Translations under genes and position numbers: made by a program
Shown: in pieces, positions 54,701 to 62,075 of the stretch
Layout: every line of letters begins with the position of its first letter
Numbering within the stretch: the stretch's first letter is position 1
Assembly (NCBI GenBank): GCA_036257895.1
Contig: DATAES010000151.1
Span: 6,373-70,372 of the forward strand
Origin: Acidimicrobiales bacterium
GTDB taxonomy: Bacteria > Actinomycetota > Acidimicrobiia > Acidimicrobiales > JACDCH01
Direction of reading: 5' to 3'
Length of the DNA stretch: 64,000 nt
The notes under the pieces: model-generated
Database searches by the model: none
What the model saw: the letters and a program-made list of their open reading frames with translations, nothing else
What the model was told of the DNA's origin: nothing

Positions 54701-55470
54701 TCGTCGCGTGGGAGGCGCAGTTCGGCGATTTCGTGAACGGGGCCCAGATCGTCATCGATCAGTACCTCGTCGCTGCCGAGGACAAGTGGGGCCAGACGTC
54801 CGGCCTCGTGATGCTACTGCCGCACGGGTACGAAGGGCAGGGGCCTGAGCACAGCTCGGCTCGTATCGAGCGCTTCCTCACACTGTGCGCGGAGGACAAC
54901 ATCCAGATCACGAACTGCACGACTGCAGCGCAGTACTTCCATCTGTTGCGCCGGCAGATGCGTCGCGAAGTGCGCAAGCCGCTGATCGAGTTCACGCCGA
55001 AGTCGTTGTTGCGGGCGAAGCCGGCGCGCTCGAAGGTCGCGGAGCTCACGCAGGGTTCGTTCTACGAAGTGCTCGACGACCCGACGTTCACGGGCGACGC
55101 GGCATCGGTCAGACGGGTCGTGCTGGCGTCCGGCAAGATCGCACTCGACGCGATCGCGAAGCGCGACGAGGCCGGTACCGCCGTCGCGGTGCTCCGCGTC
55201 GAGCAGCTGTACCCGTGGCCGCATGATCACCTTGCGGCCGCGCTGTCCGCATTCACGGGGGCGCGTGAGCTCGTGTGGCTGCAAGAGGAGCCGGAGAACA
55301 TGGGCGCGTGGAACTTCGTCACGGGCCGGCTGTACGAAGCGCTTGGCGACGACTACACGATCCGTCGCATCAGCCGATTCGAATCAGGTAGCCCCGCCGC
55401 CGGCTCCCATGGCGTCCACGTCCAGGAACAGGAACAGATCGTCGAGGACGCGGTCGTCACCGGCGTCTGA
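51775..55470 (+). CDS. kgd: Multifunctional 2-oxoglutarate metabolism enzyme (E1 with fused E2-like acyltransferase domain)
   Basis: 1231 aa. NEWLVDEMYEQYRADPSSV, acyltransferase DHRVIQGAESGLFL, and TPP-dependent E1 core. Confidence 0.95.
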   Translation: MADERSSRALGPNEWLVDEMYEQYRADPSSVSKSWQEFFADYRRDDQPAPTPARVPTPAPVPTPAPAPTAAPAPAPAPAPAPTAKPATPGRPTTAAVVERPGVATAKDEEADVQPLRGAAARIVANMEASLAIPTATSFREVPARLLEVNRSVINGYLSRTRGGKVSFTHLIGYAVVRAIAETVRVMNSSYAESDDGKPEVVRHRQLGLGLAVDVEKSDGSRTLFVPVIKNADTLDFRGFWNAYEDLIRKVRSNKLSPDDFAGATVSLTNPGTIGTVQSVPRLMPGQGVIVGVGALDYPAAYQGADPRALAELGVSKVMVITSTYDHRVIQGAESGLFLKRVHELLLGADGFYDKVFRSLSVPYEAVQWRRDVNPVDREQAMLEKQMAVDTLIRVYRVRGHLIADLDPLAASEPHMENELDPATYGLTIWDLEREFLTNGLAGTDCMKLGDILHLLRDAYCRTIGIEYMHIQELSEQHWIQEQVEGVRAELDADDQRHLLDRLNAAEAFEMFLGTKYIGQKRFGMQGAESAIPILDAVIEEAAERDLDGVVMGMSHRGRLNVLANIVGKSYDQIFKEFEGAVDPESTQGSGDVKYHLGQSGKFVSRSGKEIEVELSANPSHLEAVDPVVVGMARAKQDLINDPGSFSVVPILVHGDAAFAGQGVVAETLQLGMIKGYRVGGTIHLVINNQLGFTTPPESARSSEYPTDIAKMVQAPIFHVNGDDPEACVRVARLAFAYRQRFGKDVVIDMICYRRLGHNEGDDPSYTQPLMYKRIENKRSVRKLYTESLVKRGDITLDEAEHALDDFQAKLQEALNSTRSHAPAPGTRAQPPPPPAGCLPRVETGVDRATIDRIYDVLSTPPEGFELHPKLGRQFDARTKMFKQEGEVDWALAEAIAFGSLLLEGTDIRVAGQDTRRGTFSQRHSVLVDYSTGAEWAPLAHLDPDQAKFWIYDSLLSEYAAVGFEYGYSVVNKSALVAWEAQFGDFVNGAQIVIDQYLVAAEDKWGQTSGLVMLLPHGYEGQGPEHSSARIERFLTLCAEDNIQITNCTTAAQYFHLLRRQMRREVRKPLIEFTPKSLLRAKPARSKVAELTQGSFYEVLDDPTFTGDAASVRRVVLASGKIALDAIAKRDEAGTAVAVLRVEQLYPWPHDHLAAALSAFTGARELVWLQEEPENMGAWNFVTGRLYEALGDDYTIRRISRFESGSPAAGSHGVHVQEQEQIVEDAVVTGV
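52036..52082. repeat. Twin-palindrome element (family D copy 2), in-frame inside the kgd linker
   Basis: ACGCCCGGGCGT at 52036 and 52071 with the same 35-bp spacing as 24144/24179. The spacer shares CGGTAGT. Encodes ..TPGRPTTAAVVERPGV... Confidence 0.85.
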
Positions 55471-55488
55471 CCGTCCGCCCGGCTTTCC

Positions 55489-55537
55489 AAATTGCGGACG
55501 TGGTGGCCGTATAGGGGCCAGAACGCACGCCGAAACG
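55489..55537 (+). repeat. REP-like element, subfamily B copy 3
   Basis: aaattgcggacgtggtggccgtataggggccagaacgcacgccgaaacg, between convergent kgd and P450. Confidence 0.8.
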
Positions 55538-55549
55538 AGTCGGGGAAGG

Positions 55550-56734
55550 TCAGGCGACCTCGACCGGGATGGACGTGGGGGAGCGGCCGAGAACGGTGCG
55601 CCACTCCACGGACCACGGATCGTCGGCGTGCTCGAGCGCTGGACCGCTGGCGAATCCCCGGACGGCTTCTTCGACGGTCATGCGAGCGAGCGCGGCGCCG
55701 AGGCAATAGTGCGGCCCGGCGCCGAAGCTCAGCAGCTTCGGCGCATCGGGCTCGGTGAATCGCGCGACGTCGAACGTGTCCGGGTCGCGCCACACATCTT
55801 CCTGACGGTTGGCGGCCGCGGTCGACAACACGACCATGGCGCCTGCGGGCAACGCCGTGCCCGCGACGTCGGTGGGCTCGACAACGGTGCGTGGGATCCC
55901 CCAGATGCTCGGTTCGTAGCGGATCGACTCCGCCGCGGCACTCGCTGCGAGCTCGGGCTCTTCGCGCACTCGCGCCGTCTGCTCTGGATGGCGCAGCAGC
56001 GTGAGCAGCGTGCAACCGAGCTGGCTGGCCGTGGTGTCGTGCCCACCGACGATCAGGTTGGCCACCATCGCAACGAGCTCGTCGTGCGAGAGCTTCTCGC
56101 CGTCCTGCTCGGCCGCCAGCAGCGCAGTGACGAGATCCTCGCCCGGGTCGTCGCGCCGGACGTCGGCCAGAGCGCGCACGTAGTCGAGCATCGCCACGAT
56201 TGCTTCGGTCGCCTCGGCGATCTGCTCGTCGTCCATGAACACGAAGGTCGCGCTGAGCGCGTCGGCCCAGTCGGCGAAGACCGGCACGTCGTGTTCGGGA
56301 ACCCCGAGCAACCGGCACATGACCCGCATCGGGATTCGGCCGAAGAGCGTCACGAGGTCGCCGCCGCCGTCCACGTCGATCGTCGCCATCGCTTCGGCGA
56401 CGAGCATCGCCGCGTTCGTCCGCAGTGCCTCGACGGAGCGAGGTGTGAACGCGCGCGACACGAGTGCCCGAAGGCGGTTGTGTGTAGCGCCTTCGTTGGT
56501 GAACATCAAGCCGCCGTACCAGTCGCGCAACGGTCCGTCGGTGATTCCCATGAGGTCGAAGAACGTGAGGCCAACGCCCGCAAGCCGGCGGTCGCGGGTG
56601 AGCCGATCGATGTCCTCGTATCGGAAGACGATCGTCGCTCCGGTCGCGTCGTCGACCCCGGTCGGCCCTTCGGCTGCGTACTGCCGCAGCGCCGCATGCA
56701 TGTCGTCGCCGAACACCGTCGCCATGTCGAGCAT
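55550..56734 (-). CDS. Cytochrome P450
   Basis: Heme loop FGAGPHYCLG, ExxR (ESIRYEP), and I-helix GGHDTTAS. ATG 56734 lies 9 nt after AAGGGG; the ORF-track start 56752 is a TTG. Confidence 0.9.
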   Translation of the reverse strand: MLDMATVFGDDMHAALRQYAAEGPTGVDDATGATIVFRYEDIDRLTRDRRLAGVGLTFFDLMGITDGPLRDWYGGLMFTNEGATHNRLRALVSRAFTPRSVEALRTNAAMLVAEAMATIDVDGGGDLVTLFGRIPMRVMCRLLGVPEHDVPVFADWADALSATFVFMDDEQIAEATEAIVAMLDYVRALADVRRDDPGEDLVTALLAAEQDGEKLSHDELVAMVANLIVGGHDTTASQLGCTLLTLLRHPEQTARVREEPELAASAAAESIRYEPSIWGIPRTVVEPTDVAGTALPAGAMVVLSTAAANRQEDVWRDPDTFDVARFTEPDAPKLLSFGAGPHYCLGAALARMTVEEAVRGFASGPALEHADDPWSVEWRTVLGRSPTSIPVEVA

Positions 56735-56748
56735 GGTCACCCGCCCCT

Positions 56749-57531
56749 TCAAATGAGTGTCAGACCTCCATCGACCGCCAGAGTCTGGCCGGTGACGTAG
56801 CTCGCGTCATCCGACAAGAGGAACACCGTGGCCGCGGCGACCTCCCAAGCCGTGCCCTGACGGCCGAGCGGGACGGGCGTCCGCTCGCGGGAGGGACGCC
56901 CCGCCGAAGCCAGCCGTCCGAGCGGTGTGTCGATCAGTCCGGGTGCGACGACGTTGGCCCGGACACCGCGGCGCGCACCCTCGAGCGCGACGTGGCGGCA
57001 CAGGCCGATGATCCCTGCCTTCGACGCGTCGTAGGCGGGAAGGCGACTGCCCGGCATGAGGCCCGCGACCGAACTGATGAACACGATGCTGCTGCCCTCG
57101 TCGAGTCGTGGCATCGCGGCGCGCGCGACGAGGAAGTGGCCGCGCAGGTTCACCGCGAACGTGGTGTCCCAGTCGGCGGCGCTCGTGCCTTGGAGTCCGC
57201 CTCCCATGCCGATGCCGACGTTGAGGACGATCCCATCGAGTCCTTCGTCGGCCACCGCCTCGACCATGGAGTCACATTCCTCGGCCGACGCGATGTCCGC
57301 CGTGATCACCGAGCAGTGTCCTCCCTCCCGTTCGATCCACGCGGCGGTGTCCTCGGCCGCGTCGCGATCGCGGTCAGCGCATGCAACGGTTGCTCCTTCG
57401 CGGGCAGCGAGGATCGAGATGGCGCGACCGTTGCCGGTCGGCGCATCTTCGTCGGCGGACGCCTGCGTGCCGGCGCCCACGACGAGGATGTGCCGCCCTT
57501 CGAGCCGTCCGTCGGCACGTGCCTCTGTCAC
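56749..57531 (-). CDS. SDR family oxidoreductase
   Basis: 260 aa with YDASK. C-terminus SYVTGQTLAVDGG. Confidence 0.9.
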   Translation of the reverse strand: MTEARADGRLEGRHILVVGAGTQASADEDAPTGNGRAISILAAREGATVACADRDRDAAEDTAAWIEREGGHCSVITADIASAEECDSMVEAVADEGLDGIVLNVGIGMGGGLQGTSAADWDTTFAVNLRGHFLVARAAMPRLDEGSSIVFISSVAGLMPGSRLPAYDASKAGIIGLCRHVALEGARRGVRANVVAPGLIDTPLGRLASAGRPSRERTPVPLGRQGTAWEVAAATVFLLSDDASYVTGQTLAVDGGLTLI

Positions 57532-57550
57532 GACCCGCCGCTCCCCTCAC

Positions 57551-58108
57551 TCACGCGTCGAAGCCCGGCACGCCCGGCTCGCGCTGGACGCCGAGGGAGT
57601 TCAACGTGAACGCGACCATGTGGTAGTGGCCGATCAGCATCGGCACCTCGATGAGCTGTCGCTCGTCGTAACGGCTGGCGAGCTCGCCCCAGGTCTCGTC
57701 GCTGATGCAGCCGGTTTCGTGCAGCTCGTCAGCAGCGCGGATGAGCGTCGCATCGAACGGATCGCTCCAACCGTCCGCACCCTTCTTGACCCGCTCGATG
57801 TCTTCGTCGGTGATGCCGGTGCCACGCCCGATCACGACGTGCTGGCCCCACTCGTACTCCGCCTGGCACAACCAACCAGTACGCAGGATGAGGAGCTCGC
57901 GCTCGCGCGCGGGCAGCTTGCCGGCGAGCAACTTGCCACCGAAGGGCAACCACCGGCGGAACAGTCCCGGATGGCGGACGAGCGTGGCGAAGATGTTGAT
58001 CGCCCAGTCGTCCGATGTCGCGACCGACTGGAGCAACTCGCGTTGCTCGTCGGTTGCGTCGTGGGCCGTCACGGGCTGGAGCCGTGGTACATCCGGTGCG
58101 CTCGCCAT
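57551..58108 (-). CDS. Carboxymuconolactone decarboxylase (AhpD-like) family protein
   Basis: ATG 58108 (MASAPDVPRLQP). RERELLILRTGWLCQAEYEWGQH. Confidence 0.8.
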   Translation of the reverse strand: MASAPDVPRLQPVTAHDATDEQRELLQSVATSDDWAINIFATLVRHPGLFRRWLPFGGKLLAGKLPARERELLILRTGWLCQAEYEWGQHVVIGRGTGITDEDIERVKKGADGWSDPFDATLIRAADELHETGCISDETWGELASRYDERQLIEVPMLIGHYHMVAFTLNSLGVQREPGVPGFDA

Positions 58109-58127
58109 TCTGTGACCGTAGTTCTCC

Positions 58128-58178
58128 GAATGTTGGTGCGCCGTGGCCCCTATGGGGGCCACGGCGACCCGGAGTTCA
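58128..58178 (+). repeat. REP-like palindromic element, family A copy 5
   Basis: Three differences from the consensus. Its last 3 nt are the stop codon of the amidohydrolase gene. Lies 19 nt upstream of the CMD start. Confidence 0.9.
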
Positions 58179-59723
58179 GTAGGGGCTCCAGTGCGTGGTG
58201 GGCGACGACAGCCATGCGAACATCTCGCGACGCGACATGGGGCCGCGGGCGCGCCACGGCGAACCGAGCGCACCTCCCTCGCGCAAGCCCGCAGCGTCGC
58301 CCTGCGACGCCGTCAGTGGATCGGACTCGAACGCGCACCGCGTCGCGGCGGGATCGATCCCGAACAAGTTCGCGGCGTTCAGCCCGAAGACCTTGCGCTT
58401 CAGCTCGTCGGTCAACGGGGGGTAGCCGTATCGCTCCTGGGCCTCCGCGCTGATCTGGAACGCACGGAACCCCGCGATCTGCGGTTGCGGCGACCCGTAC
58501 CAGACGGCGTCGGTTCCCCACAGCACGCGCTCGGTCCCGACGCGGCTCAGCAGCTTGCCGATCGCGTGCGCGGCCTCCGTGGGCCGCGTCATCAGCTGTC
58601 GCCACACCGTTCCGAGATCGGCCCAGACGTTGTCGTTGGGTGGCACCTGATGACGGTCGAGCGCCGCCAGCAACGTGTCGATGCCGAGTCGGGCCGCCGG
58701 ATTGTAGGGACCTTCGCGACGGTCGGCATCCCACGCCCCGTGGAACACGACGAACTGCATGTCGGGAAACAGGCGCGATACCGCGACGATGTCCTCCGGA
58801 CCATTGTGGGCGGCGTCGAAGTTCACCAACGGCAACCCCTTGTGGGCACAGAGCACCTTGACGCCCAGATCGTGCGCGTGCTGGACGACGGGAAGACCGA
58901 TGGCCGGATCGTCGAGGCCGAACCCATGCCCCGTCGGACTCCACGCCGTGTAGACCTTGAACGCCGCGACGTGACCGCCGGAAGCGGTTGCGGTCATGCC
59001 GTCGAGCCGAGCCGACAAGTCGCCGACGTTCGGTGCGATCACGTTGTGGACGAGCACCCGTGACGCGCCGCCCGTGGTGAGCGACGCGGCGAGTTGTTGG
59101 GTGCCGACGGCATCGGGGAACGGCACCGGTGCGTCGTCAGGTCCCGAGTTGGGTACGTCCGACAGCAGAGCAACGGTCGTGTCACTCGCGAGGAAGACAT
59201 CGTGCAGGTACGCGGCTCGGTTGACGCACTCGAGTTGGTCGTCGGACGCGCAGTCCGGAGGCAGCATCCCGAGCACGAGCTGCACGGTCTCGGGCGCGTT
59301 CTCCCGCCAAGGCGCGTCGGGCATCACGTGGTGCGTGTGGACGTCGAAGATGAACTCGCCTTGCGTGTTCAGCACCTGCTCGCACGCGGGCACGTCCTCG
59401 GGCGGAGGCGCGCTGAACGATCCCGCAGGACTGCTCGATCCGGTCGTGCTCGCGGCGTCGAATCCGCTCGCGCCAGGCTTGTGGTCCGCCGAACACGCCA
59501 TGTCGAACATGGCGAGCGATGCCGCGAGGCCGCCGGCGCCGAGGAGGAAGCGACGTCGGTCGATCCCGTTGCGGCGTGCGGCACGATCGACGATCTCGAG
59601 CGTTTCGCGCGCGATCGCACGGTCACGTGCAGTTGCCGATGCCGGAATGAACTCACCGTTCGACACCGGGCCAGGCCGTACCGGCAACACCGGTCTGCCG
59701 TCACTGTCTCGATCCACCCGCAC
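58176..59723 (-). CDS. Amidohydrolase-fold metal-dependent hydrolase with a Tat signal
   Basis: Twin-arginine motif DRRRFLLGAGGLAASLAMF and HxH motif FDVHTHH. Start uncertain: GTG 59723, 59690 or 59666. Confidence 0.8.
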   Translation of the reverse strand: MRVDRDSDGRPVLPVRPGPVSNGEFIPASATARDRAIARETLEIVDRAARRNGIDRRRFLLGAGGLAASLAMFDMACSADHKPGASGFDAASTTGSSSPAGSFSAPPPEDVPACEQVLNTQGEFIFDVHTHHVMPDAPWRENAPETVQLVLGMLPPDCASDDQLECVNRAAYLHDVFLASDTTVALLSDVPNSGPDDAPVPFPDAVGTQQLAASLTTGGASRVLVHNVIAPNVGDLSARLDGMTATASGGHVAAFKVYTAWSPTGHGFGLDDPAIGLPVVQHAHDLGVKVLCAHKGLPLVNFDAAHNGPEDIVAVSRLFPDMQFVVFHGAWDADRREGPYNPAARLGIDTLLAALDRHQVPPNDNVWADLGTVWRQLMTRPTEAAHAIGKLLSRVGTERVLWGTDAVWYGSPQPQIAGFRAFQISAEAQERYGYPPLTDELKRKVFGLNAANLFGIDPAATRCAFESDPLTASQGDAAGLREGGALGSPWRARGPMSRREMFAWLSSPTTHWSPY

Positions 59724-59772
59724 CCCCGGAGCCGAGCGAACGGCCCGAGCGTAGGTGCCCGTCGGTGCGAAA

Positions 59773-60399
59773 TCAGCGCACGCTGAAGCCCACGACTGAC
59801 TCGAGCTCAGCCAGCGCCACGTCGGGATCGACGACTTTGATCGTGGTCATGCCCATCTGTGCTGCGGGCTTGAGGTTGATGCCGAGGTCGTCGAGGAAGA
59901 CGACCTCGCTCGGTTCGACCGCGAGCTGCTCGCACGTCAGCTCGTAGATGCGGGGGTCGGGCTTGCGCAGGCCCGTCTTGCTCGACTCGACGACGACGTC
60001 GAAGAGGCCCTCCACGATCGTGAGCATCGTGTCCTCGCCCTCGGTCATCGTCGCGACGTTGTTGGTGATGAGCGCCGTCTTCAGGTGTTCGTGACACCGA
60101 GCGATCGCCTCGAGCATCTCCGGACGGATGTCGCCGGCCAGACAAGCCATGACCTCACGGGCGTCGATCTTCCAGCCGGCGGCGAGTGCCTCTGCTTCGT
60201 ACGCGTCGCAGAACTCGTCGAAGGTCACTTCGTTGCGCTCGTGTCGCGCCCACGCGTTCGAATTGTGGTTGGTGGCGTTCAGTCCCCGCAGGAAGTCCTC
60301 GGGTAGGCCTCTGTCGCGCTCGTACCGAGCGAACGACTCGAACGGGCTCGTCGAGATGACACCCCCGAAGTCGAACAGGGCGGCGCGGATCGGCGACAT
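59773..60399 (-). CDS. HAD-superfamily hydrolase
   Basis: ATG 60399 (MSPIRAALFDFGGV, DxD-type motif I). RKPDPRIY, FLDDLGINLK. Confidence 0.85.
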   Translation of the reverse strand: MSPIRAALFDFGGVISTSPFESFARYERDRGLPEDFLRGLNATNHNSNAWARHERNEVTFDEFCDAYEAEALAAGWKIDAREVMACLAGDIRPEMLEAIARCHEHLKTALITNNVATMTEGEDTMLTIVEGLFDVVVESSKTGLRKPDPRIYELTCEQLAVEPSEVVFLDDLGINLKPAAQMGMTTIKVVDPDVALAELESVVGFSVR

Positions 60400-60485
60400 T
60401 CCGGCATCGTACGGAACCGCAGCCAGTTCGAAGGTCGACCCCTCGCGGTTCGTCGACAGTTCGTCCCCGGAGCGCGTCCAGCAGC

Positions 60486-60605
60486 GAGAACCCCGACCTG
60501 GCACCGTTCCTGTCCAGCGGCAACATCTTCCTGCGGAACGCCGTCGTGTCCGCCTCCGGCTCGGTCGACGGCGAGATCGCCGAGACGTTCGCGGTGAGCT
60601 CGTAG
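60486..60605 (+). pseudogene. Possible 3' remnant of a lost gene; coding-like periodicity without a start codon
   Basis: Hand translation gives ENPDLAPFLSSGNIFLRNAVVSASGSVDGEIAETFAVSS*. 38 of 39 codons end in G/C. No in-frame ATG, GTG or TTG before 60546. The strand cannot be fixed from GC3 alone. Confidence 0.3.
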
Positions 60606-60612
60606 CTGTCGT

Positions 60613-61962
60613 CTAACCGAGGAAGTCGTGAGCCAGCGCGTTCCACAGCTCGGTGGAGAGCCGTAGCGATTCGACGTCGACCCGCTCGTCGTCGCCGTGG
60701 AACATGACGCCGTAGTCCTCGAGGCTCATCTGCGTGCTGAACAGACCGAACCCGTAAGCAGTCGAACCCGCTCGACGGAAGAACCGAGCGTCGGTGGCAC
60801 CGACCGTGAGGAACGGCACGGTTGCCGAGCCCTCGTAGAACGTCTGCGTCACCCGGCTCAGTGCATCCCACAGAGGTGTCTCGACCGGCGACGCTGTCGA
60901 CGGATCGTCGTGTGCATGCACGATGTCGACGCTTCCTCGAAGATCGCCGAGCGCTTCGTCGAGTAGCCCGTACACCTGGTCGATGGTCTGGCCCGGCAGC
61001 GTCCTGATGTCGAGCTCGAGATCGACAGTGTCTGGGATGACGTTGATCTTGGAGCCGCCGTGCACGATCGTCGGAGCGATCGTCGTGTGCGTGCACGCAT
61101 GGAACTGGCGGCCCATGCCGAGCGGCAATGACTCACACACCTCGACGAATCCTTCCTCTTGGAGGAGCGGCGCGGTCAACTCGTCGGGGTAGCCCATCGA
61201 CTCGATGAAGCGGCGCCACACGTCGTGCAGCATCGTGGGTGGCCGGAACTCGTCGAGGCGACGCACGATCTCCGCCGCTGTGACGAGCGCGTTGTCGGTG
61301 CGGAACGGCTGCGAGGCGTGGCCGGCGGTGCCCTTCACCCGCAGCCGGCACCAGGCGGTGCCCTTCTCGCCCACGATCACCGGGAGTTTCAAGCCCTGCG
61401 GGCTGGGGATCGGGATCCCCCCGGACTCTGTGATCACGTAGTCGGCGGCCACCGCGTCGTGCTCGCGGGTGACGAGATGCTCGGCCCCGTAGGTGCCGAG
61501 CGCCTCCTCGTCGGCCACAGCCAGGTACACCAGCGTGCCCTTCGGGCGGAACCCCGTCTGGGCGAGGTGCTTCGTCGCGACCGCCATAGAAGCGGTGAGG
61601 TTCAACATGTCGACGGCGCCGCGGCCCCAAACGTCGGTCGAGCCATCCTCGTTCGTCACCAGGTCACCGCTGAACGGATCGCGCTGCCATCGATCCTCGT
61701 TCGCAGGGACGACGTCGGTATGACCCATCAACAAGAGCGTCGGAGCGTTCGCGTCGGTGCCTTCGATGCGCGCGACAAGACTCGCTCGACCCTCGATCGG
61801 TTCGTACGTCTCGATGTCGAGTCCACCCGTACCGAGGTACTGCGACAGCGTGTCGACGCTGCGCGATTCCTTGCCCGAAGCTGCAGTTCCATCGTTCACG
61901 CACTCGTTGCGAATGAGTTGTTGCAAGAGGTCGGTGACCTCTGCGCTGATGTCTTCTTGCAC
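60613..61962 (-). CDS. M20-family metallopeptidase (dipeptidase/deacylase)
   Basis: LLMGHTDVV, VADEEALG and GTAGHAS. Start set at GTG 61962; codons upstream of it have low GC3. Confidence 0.85.
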   Translation of the reverse strand: MQEDISAEVTDLLQQLIRNECVNDGTAASGKESRSVDTLSQYLGTGGLDIETYEPIEGRASLVARIEGTDANAPTLLLMGHTDVVPANEDRWQRDPFSGDLVTNEDGSTDVWGRGAVDMLNLTASMAVATKHLAQTGFRPKGTLVYLAVADEEALGTYGAEHLVTREHDAVAADYVITESGGIPIPSPQGLKLPVIVGEKGTAWCRLRVKGTAGHASQPFRTDNALVTAAEIVRRLDEFRPPTMLHDVWRRFIESMGYPDELTAPLLQEEGFVEVCESLPLGMGRQFHACTHTTIAPTIVHGGSKINVIPDTVDLELDIRTLPGQTIDQVYGLLDEALGDLRGSVDIVHAHDDPSTASPVETPLWDALSRVTQTFYEGSATVPFLTVGATDARFFRRAGSTAYGFGLFSTQMSLEDYGVMFHGDDERVDVESLRLSTELWNALAHDFLG

Positions 61963-62075
61963 GTTCGCGAGCGTACGTCGCAGGCGTTGGACGTGCGCGA
62001 TCGTGAGAGAAATCACGCGTCGATGAGCAACTATCCACACGCGCGGCGCGATCCTTTGCTTGACTTACGCGTGAA

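Noticed and set aside
8085-58178. Whether the family A/B repeats could be a CRISPR array or its remnants.
   Set aside because: The copies are 8-17 kb apart, occur in both orientations, and are separated by ordinary genes rather than by short spacers. No cas genes are present.
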